NCBI RefSeq assembly: GCF_018977255.1
Contig: NW_024704743.1
Location: 108,068,001-108,132,000, forward strand
DNA: 64,000 nucleotides
Source: Callorhinchus milii
Taxonomy: Eukaryota
Reading direction: 5' to 3'
Below the pieces are notes generated by a model. That model was given only the letters and a program-made list of their open reading frames with translations, had not been told where the DNA came from and ran no database searches. This document shows positions 23,578 to 34,800 of this stretch, in pieces. Within the stretch, counting starts at the first letter, position 1. Each line of letters starts with the position of its first letter. Made by a program: the position numbers and the translations under genes.

Positions 23578-26363
23578 AACAACAACAACAAAATTACATT
23601 TGTATAGCGCCTTTCACTTCGGGAGGACGTCCCAAGGCGCTGGACAGACAGAGTTACGGACCCAAGCGGAATGTCTGGATGGGGGAGGGCAGGGGGAAGC
23701 AGGGAGATCGAAAGCACAATCGAAGATGAGGGTCTTGAGGTGGCGAGGGAAGGAGTGAGACGGGGGGACTGTGGGATGGAATTCCAGAGGGTGGGTGCAG
23801 AGTGGTGGAAGGCCCGTCTGCCAATAGTGGGTCGAGCAAGGCGAGGGACGTGAAGCAGGCCGGAGCGCGCTGAGCGGAGTGAGTGAACAGGGTGGTAGGG
23901 GGTTAGGAGGTCGGAGAGGTAGGGGGGAGCAAAACCATGGAGGGCTTTGAAGTGAGGACCAGGATCTTGAACTGTATCTTCTGTGTAATGGGAGGCCAAT
24001 GGAGTTGGGCAAGGTGGGGGTGATAGGGTCGCGGAGCCTAGTGCGGGAGAGGACACGGGCTGCAGATTTCTGTATGATCTCAGTCGGTGGAGGGAGGAGT
24101 TTAGGAGGCCAACAAGCAATGAGTTTGCATAGTCGAGCCTCAATGTAATGAAGGCGTGTATGAGAGTTTCGGCGCCCTGCGGTGTGAGACAGTGGCAGAG
24201 TTGGGCGACATTGCGGAGATGGCGGAAGGCAGAGCGAGTCATGGCACAGATGTGGGATAGAAAGGATAGTTGATGGTCAAACAAGACCCCAAGGTTCCGG
24301 ACTGGCTTAACAAGGTGTAGTGTGCAACCATAGATGGTGATGCTGTCAGCGCCTGAGGTGAGGAGGCGCTGACGGGAGCCAATCAGGAGAGCCTCTGTCT
24401 TGTTGACGTTCAACTGTAGAAAGTTAACTCTCAAACAGGACTTGATGTCTGATAGACATTCTTTGGTCCTGGAGTCAAGGGTGGAGGCAGAGAGGTAAAG
24501 TTGGGTGTCATCCGCATACATGTGGAAGTTTACCCCATGTCTGCGGATGATGTCACCAAGAAGGAGCACATAGATGTTGAAGAGGAGGGGACCAAGGACA
24601 GAGCCCTGAGGAACGCCGCACGAGACGGTCCAGGGTCTAGAGGAGAAGCCGTTTGAGGAGATGAAGTGCAGGCGGTATGAGAGGTATGATCTGAACCAAT
24701 CAAGGATAGCGCGTGGAGGTTGAGGTGAGAGGAGGCAGTGGATGAGAATAGAGTGGTTGACGGGGTCAAAATCAGCAGAGAGGTCAAGTAGGACAAGGAG
24801 GCAGAGGGAGCCCTGGTCAGAGATGGACAGAATGTCATTTGTCACTTTGACCAGGGTGATTTCCGTGCTTTGGGCGGCATGGAAGCCCAATTGGAGGGGT
24901 TCGAGAAGGGAGTGGTGGAAGAGGAAGGAGCAAAGCTGAGAAGCAACAACTCATTCTAGAACCTTGGAGAGGAAAAGGAGATTGGAGATGGGGCGGTAGT
25001 TAGGGAATAGAAAGGGTCCAGCGAGGGTTTTTTAAGGATAGGAATGACGACAGCATTTTTTAAAGGGGTGGGAACAGTACCAGAGGACAGGGAGAGGTAA
25101 CAATGTCAGTGAGTAGAGGGGCAAGCAGGTGGAGCTGGGAGGTAAGGAGAGAAGTAGGGATAGGGTCGAGGGAGCAGGTGGTGGGTTTCATACGGATTAT
25201 GGTGGTGATGAGAGAGGAGGGGGAGATGGGTTCAATGGTGTGAAGGGACGGGTGGGTGGGAGCTGGGGTGGGAGGAAGAGATGGGGAGGAATTAGCAGTT
25301 GCAGTGGCAGAGGCAGCTGAGCGGATTCCCTCAATCGCCTCGCAGTTGGCATTTCAGGTGAAGATGGGTGAGTCATGAGAGGGTAGGTGGAAGAGTCGGT
25401 TTGTGATGGAGGAGCCTGGGGTTGTCCTTAGCCTCCAAGATTATCTTGGAGAACGACAATTTAGCGGAGGCGAGGGCGGAGCAGAAGGATTTGACATGGT
25501 CCAGCCAAATCTGCCGGTGGACAGTCAGGTTTGATTTAAGCCAAGTGCGCTCAGCGGAACATGCCTGGGCTTTAAGGGAGCGGAGGTGGCTGGTGCACCA
25601 AGGTGATTTGTGTGAGTAGGAGACGGTTTGGGAAGAAAGGGGAGCGAGGGAATCAAGAGTGGAGGAGAGGGAGCTGTGGAGAAGGATGACCGAGGAAGAT
25701 AGATTATTGCGGGAAGACGCCCAGAAGCGAAGGAGTTCAAATGACTCCAAGGCAGCCAAGAGGGGGGGGTGGGGAGATTTTTTTCTAGGGTGGTATGAGA
25801 TGGAGTGGGTTGGTTGGTGGGGAGAGGGATTGAGGAGTTAAGGGAGATGAAGTGATGGTCCGAGATCACTTTGTCGATGATGGTGAAGTCTGAGACGGTG
25901 AGGCCCCGAGTGATCACCAGGTCGAGGGGGTGACCGCGGACGTGAGTGGTGGAGTGGATGTGGAGGGAGAGATTGAGGGAGAAGATAAGGGAGGAAAAGT
26001 CAGCAGAAGTAGAGCAGGAGGAGTGAAGTAAAGGTTGAAATTGTCAAGGATGAGGAGGCATTCAGAGCAAAGCGAGAGGGAAGATAGGAGGGTGGAGATA
26101 TCAGGGATGAAGGTGTGGGAGGGCTTGCGGGGGCAGTAGATAAGGAGAATTTTGAGGGAAAGGTTGGAGGGGTGATAGCGGGTAAGGTGCTCAAAGGAGG
26201 GGAAGGTTCCAGAGGAGTACGGGGATAGGCCAAGCAGGGACCGGGAGATGAGAGTCACACTGCCACCACGGTGGTTAGGTCGAGAGGTATGATGGAAGGT
26301 GTAGCCGGGTGGTGTGGCCTCAGGGGGAAGTGTCACCTGGCATGATCCAGGTTTCAGTGAGAA
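23578..26363 (-). mobile_element. L2 LINE, nearly full ORF2 (APE + RT), frameshifted
   Basis: 449-aa ORF with GVPQGSVLGPLLF and [13 protein letters not shown] motifs PPGYTFHH..RGG, DNFNL, SDHH; (caa)n tail at 23578. Confidence 0.95.
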
Positions 26364-26477
26364 ACTATGAGAAGATATCAGGCTCTACACCTTTTAGGTT
26401 TAAAAAGTTAATCTGCCCAGTGCTTCTGCCCAGTTCTGGAACCAGTGACGAGCTGTGGAAAGTGAACTCTGACACTG

Positions 26478-26642
26478 TATAAAAACAGAAATCGCTGGGA
26501 ACACTCCGCAGGTCAGGCAGCATCTATGGAGAGTGGAAAGTGAGTTAATGTTTCAGGTTGATGACCTTTGGTCAGAACGCTGCCTTGATCTCATTTTATT
26601 TTTATTTCAGATGTCCAGCATCGGCAGTATTTTGCCTTTTTT
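26478..26642. mobile_element. Penelope-like element terminal-repeat remnant
   Basis: aaaacagaaatcgctgggaacactccgcaggtcaggcagcatct...tttcaggttgatgacctt...ttcagatgtccagcatcggcagtatttt resembles an abundant chondrichthyan Penelope-associated repeat (recalled). Confidence 0.55.
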
Positions 26643-26769
26643 TTCCCGACCGACTGACTGACTTGACTATTGGTTTTTTTTTATATATATAAAGATCACC
26701 GTCATCCGAAGCACTGAAGACCAAACTGGTAAGATCACTGAGAACCTGCCCCGCTGGTCACACCTGCTC

Positions 26770-27809
26770 AGAGTGCTTCACAGAATACCTTTCGCCAAGC
26801 GCTTTGCGGCGTCTCAACGACCCGATGAGGCGCCGCGTCAAATGCAAGGATTATTATTAGCATTAGCATTATTATTATTATTATTAGTATTATTATTCAG
26901 CGATTCCTCAAGTTCCCCAAAAAGGCGATCCCAAACATCACGCCCAACCCCCAAACAAACCTCACCCCTTTGCCCAATTACCCTCCACAACTCACCCGGT
27001 CCGAATGCCCCTCTCTGCCCCCCTCCCTCACCCCAATGTTAGTTGCATTGATCCTTTGTTCCCACGAATCCCAGACCTCGAGCCCCTCCCAATCCCCTCT
27101 CTTCCTACATAATCCCCAGTCCCCCCGTCCCTGTAAACCCCTCGATCCTCCAGGACCCGCACAAAGACCCTCCCGCAACAGTCCCGCCCGGATCCGACCG
27201 ACCGACCGAGTCACGTTTGAGAAAATCCCACCAACTCGGTTCAACTTTGTGTGACCCAGTCCCTGACCCTACACCCCCCCCCCCCCCCTCCCCCCCCCCT
27301 CCCCGCCGTCCCATTTCCTCACTGCACATCACAGCCTGTGCAGCGCCCGTGCGATCACAAAGCGATCAACAGAGAGAGAGAGAGAGAGAGAGAGAGTGAC
27401 GCCCGGACTGTTCATCCAGACTCTGCTCAGCGCTGCTCTGCGTGTTGTGCTGTGTGGTTTCACACAGCCTTTTCCCACCCTGTCCTCTCCTGTGCATCCT
27501 GTGCTGTGTGTATGGAGTGCCACTTCACACCAGCCTCTCCATCCAGCTCATAGACTCCTTGCTTCCCCTTTGGCCGGCGTGTGTGTGTCTGTGTGTGTGT
27601 AGGTGTGTGTAGGTGTGTGTGTGTCTGTGTGTGTGTGTGTGTCTGTGTGTGTGTAGGTGTGTGTGTGTGTCTGTGTGTGTGTGTGTAGGTGTGTGTGTGT
27701 GTGTCTGTGTGTGTGTGTGTGTAGGTGTGTGTGTCTGGGTGTGTGTGTGTGTGGTGGGGGGGACACGGATCCCATTGCCTTCTTCTCCCAGTACCTTGCC
27801 CTGGCTGAG
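26770..27809 (+). promoter_or_regulatory. Putative promoter / 5' UTR region of the NKAIN gene (copy 1)
   Basis: CpG-enriched and C-rich, GC-box-like ccgccc at 27183, (ccga)4, poly-C, (ga)n, immediately upstream of the start codon. Confidence 0.6.
27579..27753 (+). repeat. Compound (GT)n microsatellite
   Basis: gt runs interrupted by ag/ct; ends about 55 nt before the ATG. Confidence 0.95.
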
Positions 27810-27863
27810 ATGGGTTGCTGCACAGGTCGATGCACCTTAATATTTCTGTGTACTTTACAGCTG
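27810..27863 (+). CDS. NKAIN3: First coding exon of Na+/K+-ATPase beta-subunit-interacting protein, NKAIN family (copy 1)
   Basis: ATG GGT TGC TGC ACA GGT CGA TGC ACC TTA ATA TTT CTG TGT ACT TTA CAG CTG = MGCCTGRCTLIFLCTLQL; human NKAIN3 starts MGCCTGRCSLICLCALQL (recalled); 54 nt, phase-0 donor gtgagt as in NKAIN genes; good Kozak context gagATGG. Paralogue call rests on 18 residues. Confidence 0.88.
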
Positions 27864-27929
27864 GTGAGTATTAAACCTCCCTATTTATTGTACTTACTGA
27901 CTGATACTGAGTAGCTGCGTTTGTATACA

Positions 27930-27932
<3 letters not shown>

Positions 27933-27964
<32 letters not shown>

Positions 27965-28145
27965 GCAATCTGGGTGTGTTTGGGTGATAGTAATCAAGAG
28001 GGTACGTTGTGCATACATGTGAAGTACTTTGCATTGACTGAACAAAAGGGGAGAAAGCGAGTGGGCTGTTAGTTTTATTTGTTTGTTTGTTTGCTTGTTT
28101 GTCTGTCTGTTTGTTTATTTGTTTGTTTGTTTGTTTGTTTGTTTG
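27933..28145 (+). repeat. (TA)n and (GTTT)n microsatellites at start of intron 1
   Basis: (ta)n 27933-27961; (gttt)n about 28077-28145. Confidence 0.95.
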
Positions 28146-28949
28146 CTCAAACCTGCCTTCCTTTCGCTGGTTTGATTTGCGCGTTCCCGAGCGAGTTGTG
28201 GGCACTTTACTGCGTGATGTTGGGCGAGTTTCAGCAATAATGGAGCTGGGCATTGGCGCACAGTGTGGGTGACAGTGTAACTGTGTGGGGATGGATGCCC
28301 CACAAGGAAGCACAGTGCCCTAGTATTTTTTTTTTTGGGGGGGGGGGTATCTATCTATTCCCCTCCCGCACCATTTCATTCTCACGATTAGTGTGTTATC
28401 CCACACCTCCCCACACACTCACACACTCATCACTCACTCCAGTCTTTGTTGCACTTCATCACGATTTGCCTCGTTGCTGTGTGTGTGTGTGAGGGGGGGG
28501 TGTGGGGGGAACACAGAGATTGTTTTCAATATAAAATAGGAATAAATCATGTTCTTCTACGATCTGAAGTTTGCGTTGGACATGGATCCGTTGCAGTTGG
28601 GGGTGGGTGTTGGGGGCTGGGGGTGGGGGGTGGGGGGGTCACATTCAATTGCCTGAGCAATTGTGCTGCAAATCTCAAGTGTTTTTGTTTGTTTGTTTGT
28701 TTGTTTGTGTGGTGTATTTCTCTGCCACTGAGTGGGATGCTTGGAATCCCTCTTCTGTAAAACGACTTAAGTGCCAATGACCAGCAACACGGTTTGGCCT
28801 TTGACCAAGTGTTTAAAGATCAGCGATGCCCATTCATTGCACAGTTGATCTTTTGAGATGAAAGAAGCGGATGACCCCCCCCACCCCCCAAAAAAACCTA
28901 AAATTGTCTTTTAAAGATGAGTTGTGGTCATACATCGGATTTGGCTGTG

Positions 28950-29142
28950 CTATGTGTGTTTGAGTGTGTGTATGTGTGTGTGATTGTGTGTGTGTTTATG
29001 TGTGAATGTATATATGTGTATGTGTGTGTGAGTGAGTGTGTATATGAGTGTGTGTGAGTGTGCATATGAGTGTGTGTGTGCATATATGAGTGTGTGTATG
29101 TGTGTGTGTGTGAGTGAGTGTGTGTGTGTATATGTGTGTGTG
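28950..29142 (+). repeat. Imperfect (GT)n microsatellite
   Basis: Direct reading; counterpart at about 42382-42591 differs in structure. Confidence 0.95.
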
Positions 29143-30224
29143 TAGCATTGAAACAGACTCTAATGTTTAACTTGCACTGAGATCCGAAATGACATGTATC
29201 TTTGCAGTGTTGATGGTGGCTAAGACTTTCAGCGCAGGTTTCTGAATGGATCGTAGGATTAAATATCCCTCTAAACAAAAAAACACAAGCCTACTAACAG
29301 AACAAGTGTTTGTTCCATTTGCAGAAAGGACCATTTTTTTGTTTAAAGGGGTGTGGGGGGGGGGGAGAACCCAGAAAACTGAGTATTAAAATGAAACAAT
29401 TCCAATTCCAGCCTGCATAATGTACTGGATGGGGATCAGGATGCTGTGAAAATCATTGCCACCGTATTGATTTTTCTTAGAGAGAAAGGAAGCATCTGGC
29501 CATTGGCGAGTGAAATTAACCAGAAGTGGGCAAGCTAATGTAGCTGACAAAGGCAGCGATTGAGTGCCGAGAGCCTGCTGGCGTTAGCACAGAAAGCAGG
29601 TGCGACTTGAACCCTTAATGTATTTTGCACCTGGGATAGCTAGATCAAAAATGCATAATGATTTTTTTTCAAGCATTTTGCGCCATAGCAACCTAGCACT
29701 AGTCGGATTATTTTCTTATTGTCTGATCAAGGGCTTTCGCCCCCACCAAAAAAAAAATTATACCCTTTATATCAGAAATTGCTCTCTGAGAGATTAGTGG
29801 GCGCTGAATCCTTTTCTGTTCAGTTATCTCCATGAGACAGGCTTCTGGTGAATATATTAGCATCTTTGGCAGATCAGGAGTGAAACGTTTGTGGACTGAA
29901 CTGTCACAAGCCCATTTTCATGAATTGTTCGAATCGTTTCCTACCACCAAAGTACAATGAATACAGAGACAATATAATTGTTCTGATCATTCACATTATT
30001 CTTTTTGAAAGGAGTGAATGGCTTTGGATTTGTGACAGGACATATTGCTGGAGCTCCTCTGCTTTAGGCTGCTTTACAACATATACATACTGCATTGCAT
30101 GTGAGATCTGCATATTCGTCCTTTTAGCTATCCATAACAGCTCATAACAGCTATGAGCTTCTCGTTCTCTTTCCAATGACTTTGGTCCTTTCCTGAAGAC
30201 GGTGACAAATGCTGAGGTATCATT

Positions 30225-30540
30225 TCACAGGTGGCAGCAATGCTCTGCTACCTGCCCAAGTGTCTCTTCATGTGTGAGTCTCGGCAGCAAGCACCAGTTA
30301 TTAGATTGTGCAAAGCATTGTAACCCAACCTGATCTTCACTTGGCAACTGTGTCTACGTATTTCCAGCAGAGGTTTAGTTGGATTGAGTTAGCTTGGAAG
30401 CCCTGGGCAATCATTCTAGCTCAAGACCATTCAGGCCTATTGTAGTGCCCCCATCTGGTTAGCATCCCCTCTCTTTGCACTGAAGACCTTTACTATTTCT
30501 GTGGTTCAGCACCATATCAAATGATGGAATTACCCTCCAA
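30225..30540 (-). mobile_element. Ancient SINE, AmnSINE2-like (also at offsets +6723 and +13448)
   Basis: Minus strand: ggcactacaataggcct...cctctgctggaaa...actcacacatgaagagacacttgggcaggta; family name from recalled consensus. Confidence 0.5.
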
Positions 30541-31274
30541 GCTCTGAGAAGAAACCTTTCACTTCAAAAAAAATCCAGGTTTACAGTAAAGAATGTTTAT
30601 TGAAATAACAGGCCTTATCATCAGTACAGTTTTTTTTATTGTGTCCTTTATTTATTTCCCACTTATTGCCACCCCAACATTTACTATTGTATATTGATGG
30701 CTGTATGATGGGACGCTTCCAGGTAACATTGTAAATCTGCTCAATAGAGATTTATGTCAAATTAAACACGCCATGAGTGTGAAGTGTGTTGGAAAAACAA
30801 ATGCAGAGCCACAGAGGGATGTTGGCAATTTTGTTCCGGGAGCAATGTTACACTACATGAAACTCAACCCATTTCATCAACCATATTCCAACTGCTGTTG
30901 CTAACAGTAATAATAACGAAAACATTTAGTTGAGCAATGTACGTGCCATTTCTTTAAAGAGGAAGTTTCATTATCAACACCATTTTAACATCCCGAATTA
31001 ATTAAGTTAAAATGAATAATGAGCATCCTTTTTGTAACATCCACCAAAATAATTATAAGTTTGATAGTAATTTTTTGTGATGTGCTTTAAGATGTTTTAA
31101 TTTGACCTGCCCATCCTTTCCTTTGTTTCTATCTCTTTTACTTCTTTACATAATTAATGCTGATGACATTAGTGGAGATGTGGATTGGAAGGGTTACTAA
31201 GCTTGACAGTACAAGGAAGATGAATTATTATCAACAGCAATAGATTCATCAACCTAAGGTGCTTTAAATTAATG

Positions 31275-31520
31275 GGGCATAGTGGGTTATGGTACAGTCT
31301 TTTTACCTTTGGGACCTGGGTTAGAATTGAGTGCAGGCTGATAGGGTGAACGTTTTCTCTCTGTGTTAACCTACCGGAGTCCAGACAGTCTCCATTCAGT
31401 CCTCAGTAGGGCTATGCCTAAGGCATCAACCTGGTCATATATTTGCATTAAATTGACATTCAGTTAGGCATAAAGATGTCTGGTAGGGAAAGTATTCACA
31501 GTGGTGTAGGAGCGATGTTC
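31275..31520 (+). mobile_element. Ancient LF-SINE-like element (also in the duplicated copies)
   Basis: ggtacagtctttttacctttgggacctgggttagaattgagtgcaggctgatagggtgaa resembles the LF-SINE tRNA head (recalled). Confidence 0.45.
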
Positions 31521-31939
31521 CTCTTATGTTGGGGGATAAGGTTTGCTCTTGAAGTAAAACAGAAGCAGTTTCACCGGGCTTGATAGTGATTCTGGAGACC
31601 CAAGTAGAAAAGGGTTTCATTCCCCGGGATTAACATGGTTCACCTGATAAACACAAGAATATTTCCCACCTGATTACACTTTGCAATGGATATAATGTTG
31701 GAATCCGCTTTAGGCAGATGCCGGTTAACCTATCCTGTTAGTGCTGTTAATCACCTCTAAGATGCCTCTAACTGATCTGCTTCCCATCCAACGGGAGCAT
31801 CAATGGGAGGGAGGAACGCTGGCGCTGGGCAGGAAAAGGTAAGAGATCTTCGGGAATTTCGGCCTCCGATCACCACCAGCAACAACAACAGAAATTCGGC
31901 ATCCCCGATGTGTCCGGTTTAACAGGCTTCCACTGTAGT

Positions 31940-32345
31940 TCATTTCACATCAGGAGGACATTTGAAACTGCTTCACTGTAAAGTGCTGTGACTGTATATT
32001 TTGTAGGCATACATGGCAGCCAACAATGCACAACAATGTCCCATATACAGGTGTCATGAAGTGAATGGACATTTTTTTATGTGAGCTATTGTTGACCAGG
32101 CCAGGAGGAACTCCTTTCTCTTTTCAAATGATGTCATGGGATCTTTAACGTCCACCTTAATAGACATCCTGGACCGTGGTTTATCTTTTCATTCAAAGGA
32201 TGGCACTTCTCACATTGCAGCATACGCCTAGTATTGCATTGGAGTGCTAGCCTAGACTGTGAATTTCAAGTCACAAAATCGGGTTTAAACCCACAAATGC
32301 TGATTTAGAGGCAAGAGTGTTATTAACTATGCCAGGCTAATACCT
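31940..32345 (-). mobile_element. Deu-domain SINE (also in the duplicated copies)
   Basis: catgggatctttaacgtccacc, gtggttta..tcattcaaaggatggcact, head aaacccacaa...agaggcaagagtg. Confidence 0.75.
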
Positions 32346-32519
32346 ATTTCATTTTCACCAACACTTTTTAGGAATTCCACTAAATATTGACAATGTCATC
32401 AGGATAAGAGAATCAAAAGAACAAATATTCCATTTTAAAGAAATACATTTTATTTATATTTCAGATATGACACTTCATATGAAAAACAAAAATGTCTGAA
32501 AAAGGTGACAGTCCAACAG

Positions 32520-32975
32520 CCATATTAGCTCAGTTGGTTGTACGATGAAGTGGGATGCTCACTTATGGCTACTAATCCCAGTTGGGCTGCTCAGTTCTTT
32601 ACCCTTTTCAGGTCAATAAGCGAGAGCACCTGGGTTCAATTCCTGGGCAGGGTGAAACGTGGGGCAAGTTTTTATATGCACCCACCTCTGTTTACCTAGC
32701 AGTAAGTAGCAACCCAGCTGTTAGTTGATTGGTGGATCGCTTTCTGGGGTAATAATCCCTTTAAAAAAAATGAAAATAAATAATAATAATAATTTGGTCA
32801 CTCAATCCACGTCTGTTTGTGGGACACTGCTGTGTGCAATTGACTGCCGAGTTTCGACCACAAAATATACAATCAATTCACTTTGCAGTATATTCTATGA
32901 AGCGCTTTGAGACATTTTGAAGATGCCGTAAGGTGCGATGTCAAATGCAAGGATCACTTTTTATTATAAACTGAT
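32520..32975 (+). mobile_element. tRNA-derived SINE variant with extra segment between A and B boxes (copies at about 39243 and 45966)
   Basis: tagctcagttgg at 32526, about 75 nt extra, ggttcaattcc at 32633, SINE body and tail. Confidence 0.85.
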
Positions 32976-33519
32976 CACGTCTTTAAAAAAATCCTACTCT
33001 GGTAACAAACTGGCTCCAAAAAATAGATAACAACCCGAACCATGGGGATGAGGAGTTACAATGCAGCATTGTATCAGCGTTCTAAAATAATTCATAAATA
33101 ATAAATCCTGCAAGATGTGCATCAGCCCAACTTGGTGAAACGCTGCTCCATTATGCTTAGAATGAACTTGTATCAAAGCAGCTTGACACACATCTGGTTA
33201 CCTGTACAATTCATTATTTATGAATTCTGTTGTGAATGCTGCATTTCAGAGCCTTTTTGTTGACCACCCAATCTATTGGGCTCATCAATCTTACTTGAGC
33301 TATAGACAAACACAACCTCAACCCTGAAACTTTGGTGGAGGATTTATAGACATATCCTCAACCAACGGCATAAACAATTTAGGGTGGGGGTGGAGATGAA
33401 GGAGAAAGAGTCCTAGATGGACAGATACTATGATTGTAAAATGATCATAATTATTAGCAGCTATGTTTCTAATTTCTGGAAGTCTCTTGTTCCACATTTT
33501 CCCCTCCTCCCACCACTCC

Positions 33520-33800
33520 TCCAGCAATGTTCCACAAGCAGCCATGGGGTAAATGAACAATTTTATCTGGGGGATTGTTGGCCAGGTCATGGGGAGAAAT
33601 TCCCTTCATTTCTCAAGTCGTGCCATTGGATCTTTAATGTTTACCTGAACAAACAGATGTTGGTTTAACATCTCATCTGAAGGATGATACCTCGTACAGT
33701 GAATCCCTGAACGATGTACTGTAGGTTCAAACTCCCGATGTGCAGTTTGAAACCACAACCTTCTGACTCAAAGACAAGAGTGGTATGAATTGAGTGAGGA
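33520..33800 (-). mobile_element. Deu-domain SINE fragment (junction 2 falls inside its copy)
   Basis: tgccattggatctttaatgtttacctgaac, ggtttaacatctcatctgaagga, acaaccttctgactca. Confidence 0.75.
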
Positions 33801-34639
33801 GTGACACATCCCAGCAATTTGGGACTTTTTCCCAACGTAAAAAGGCAGTATATGAATGTAATTTTATTGTTGTTGATGACATCTGAAACACCTAATAAGA
33901 GGGTTCGGTGTACAGGGTAGCTTATTCATGTTCTTATGCTACGGATTCAGCTTGACATGTGTAGCTTTAAAATGAACTCACTTTGTTCTGTGTGTGTTCA
34001 CGTGCGTGAGAGAAATGCAAGTACGTGTGTCATTGCAGTAATTCATGATAGTTAATCAACTGCTAATGGAAACAATCTCAATTGGTTGTAGTCCGAGCAG
34101 TAAAATTGCTACATATTGATTGGAACTGAGATACACTAGTGATAAATTTATTCTGAAATAGATTCCAATAACTAACGGAATTAACTGGTCCACAATTGCC
34201 TGGGAGACAGAACCAGAGCCAGATCAGGAGAGTGCTTTTCGCAATATGTGATTAGACTGTAAAATCCTTATTTCCCTTTCTGGAACTGTAGGACGTGATG
34301 AGGTGCTATATCAAATTCAAGGATTATTATTATTATTACTGTTCTTTTGTCATATAATCAATCAGATGATTTGCACCCAACCCCCTGTCAGCAAAGAACG
34401 CCCTGGATGGATTGTTCATGGATTGCTTTCTTTTCCCCGATGGCCTGAGCTAATTTAACAATTCAGCATCTGGCTGATCACAAACCCTTGTCCTACTACA
34501 TGATGAGACCACACGGTTGCTCCTCAATATGTTGCACCAGTAAGCCATCCATAGTAGATATTCCCTGCTGCTTGTTCAGTTAGGACCACCATATCTGTTA
34601 GGATTGTGGCTTACATGGTTAACAGGAGCTGAGTGGGAA

Positions 34640-34800
34640 AAATCCCTTGGAACTGGTCTCCTCCTCCAAGCCCCATCGATAAGCCAAGCTGGCTGGCCCA
34701 TCGTCAACAGTACCTTGGAGTCTGGTGGTACAGTCTCGTTGAGGAGCTGGACTCCTGAGACCGCCACTGAGGATCAGCTTGATTTTGATATCTCATTGCT
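34640..34800 (+). mobile_element. Ancient non-LTR retrotransposon RT C-terminal fragment (copy at about 48086)
   Basis: PIVNSTLESGGTV...ETA..DQLD; homologous to the minus strand of 56240-56460, which reads LEYCGPTW...ETA. Confidence 0.55.

Noticed and set aside
23541..24890. RT ORF as a retron, DGR or domesticated gene
   Set aside because: Ordinary L2 ORF2 with upstream APE pieces, frameshifts and an L2 tail.
27548..29278. ORFs rich in HT/VC/QTNK repeats (also 40892-42726)
   Set aside because: Translations of (GT)n and (GTTT)n microsatellites; only the 18-codon NKAIN exon is credible.
29600..30176. Triplicated short ORFs as a tandem gene family
   Set aside because: They recur only because the DNA block is repeated and show no protein features.
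30503..30523. REST/RE1 site (ttcagcacc), and a weak match at 61611
   Set aside because: Right half-site GGACAG is missing here, and the 61611 match has too many mismatches.
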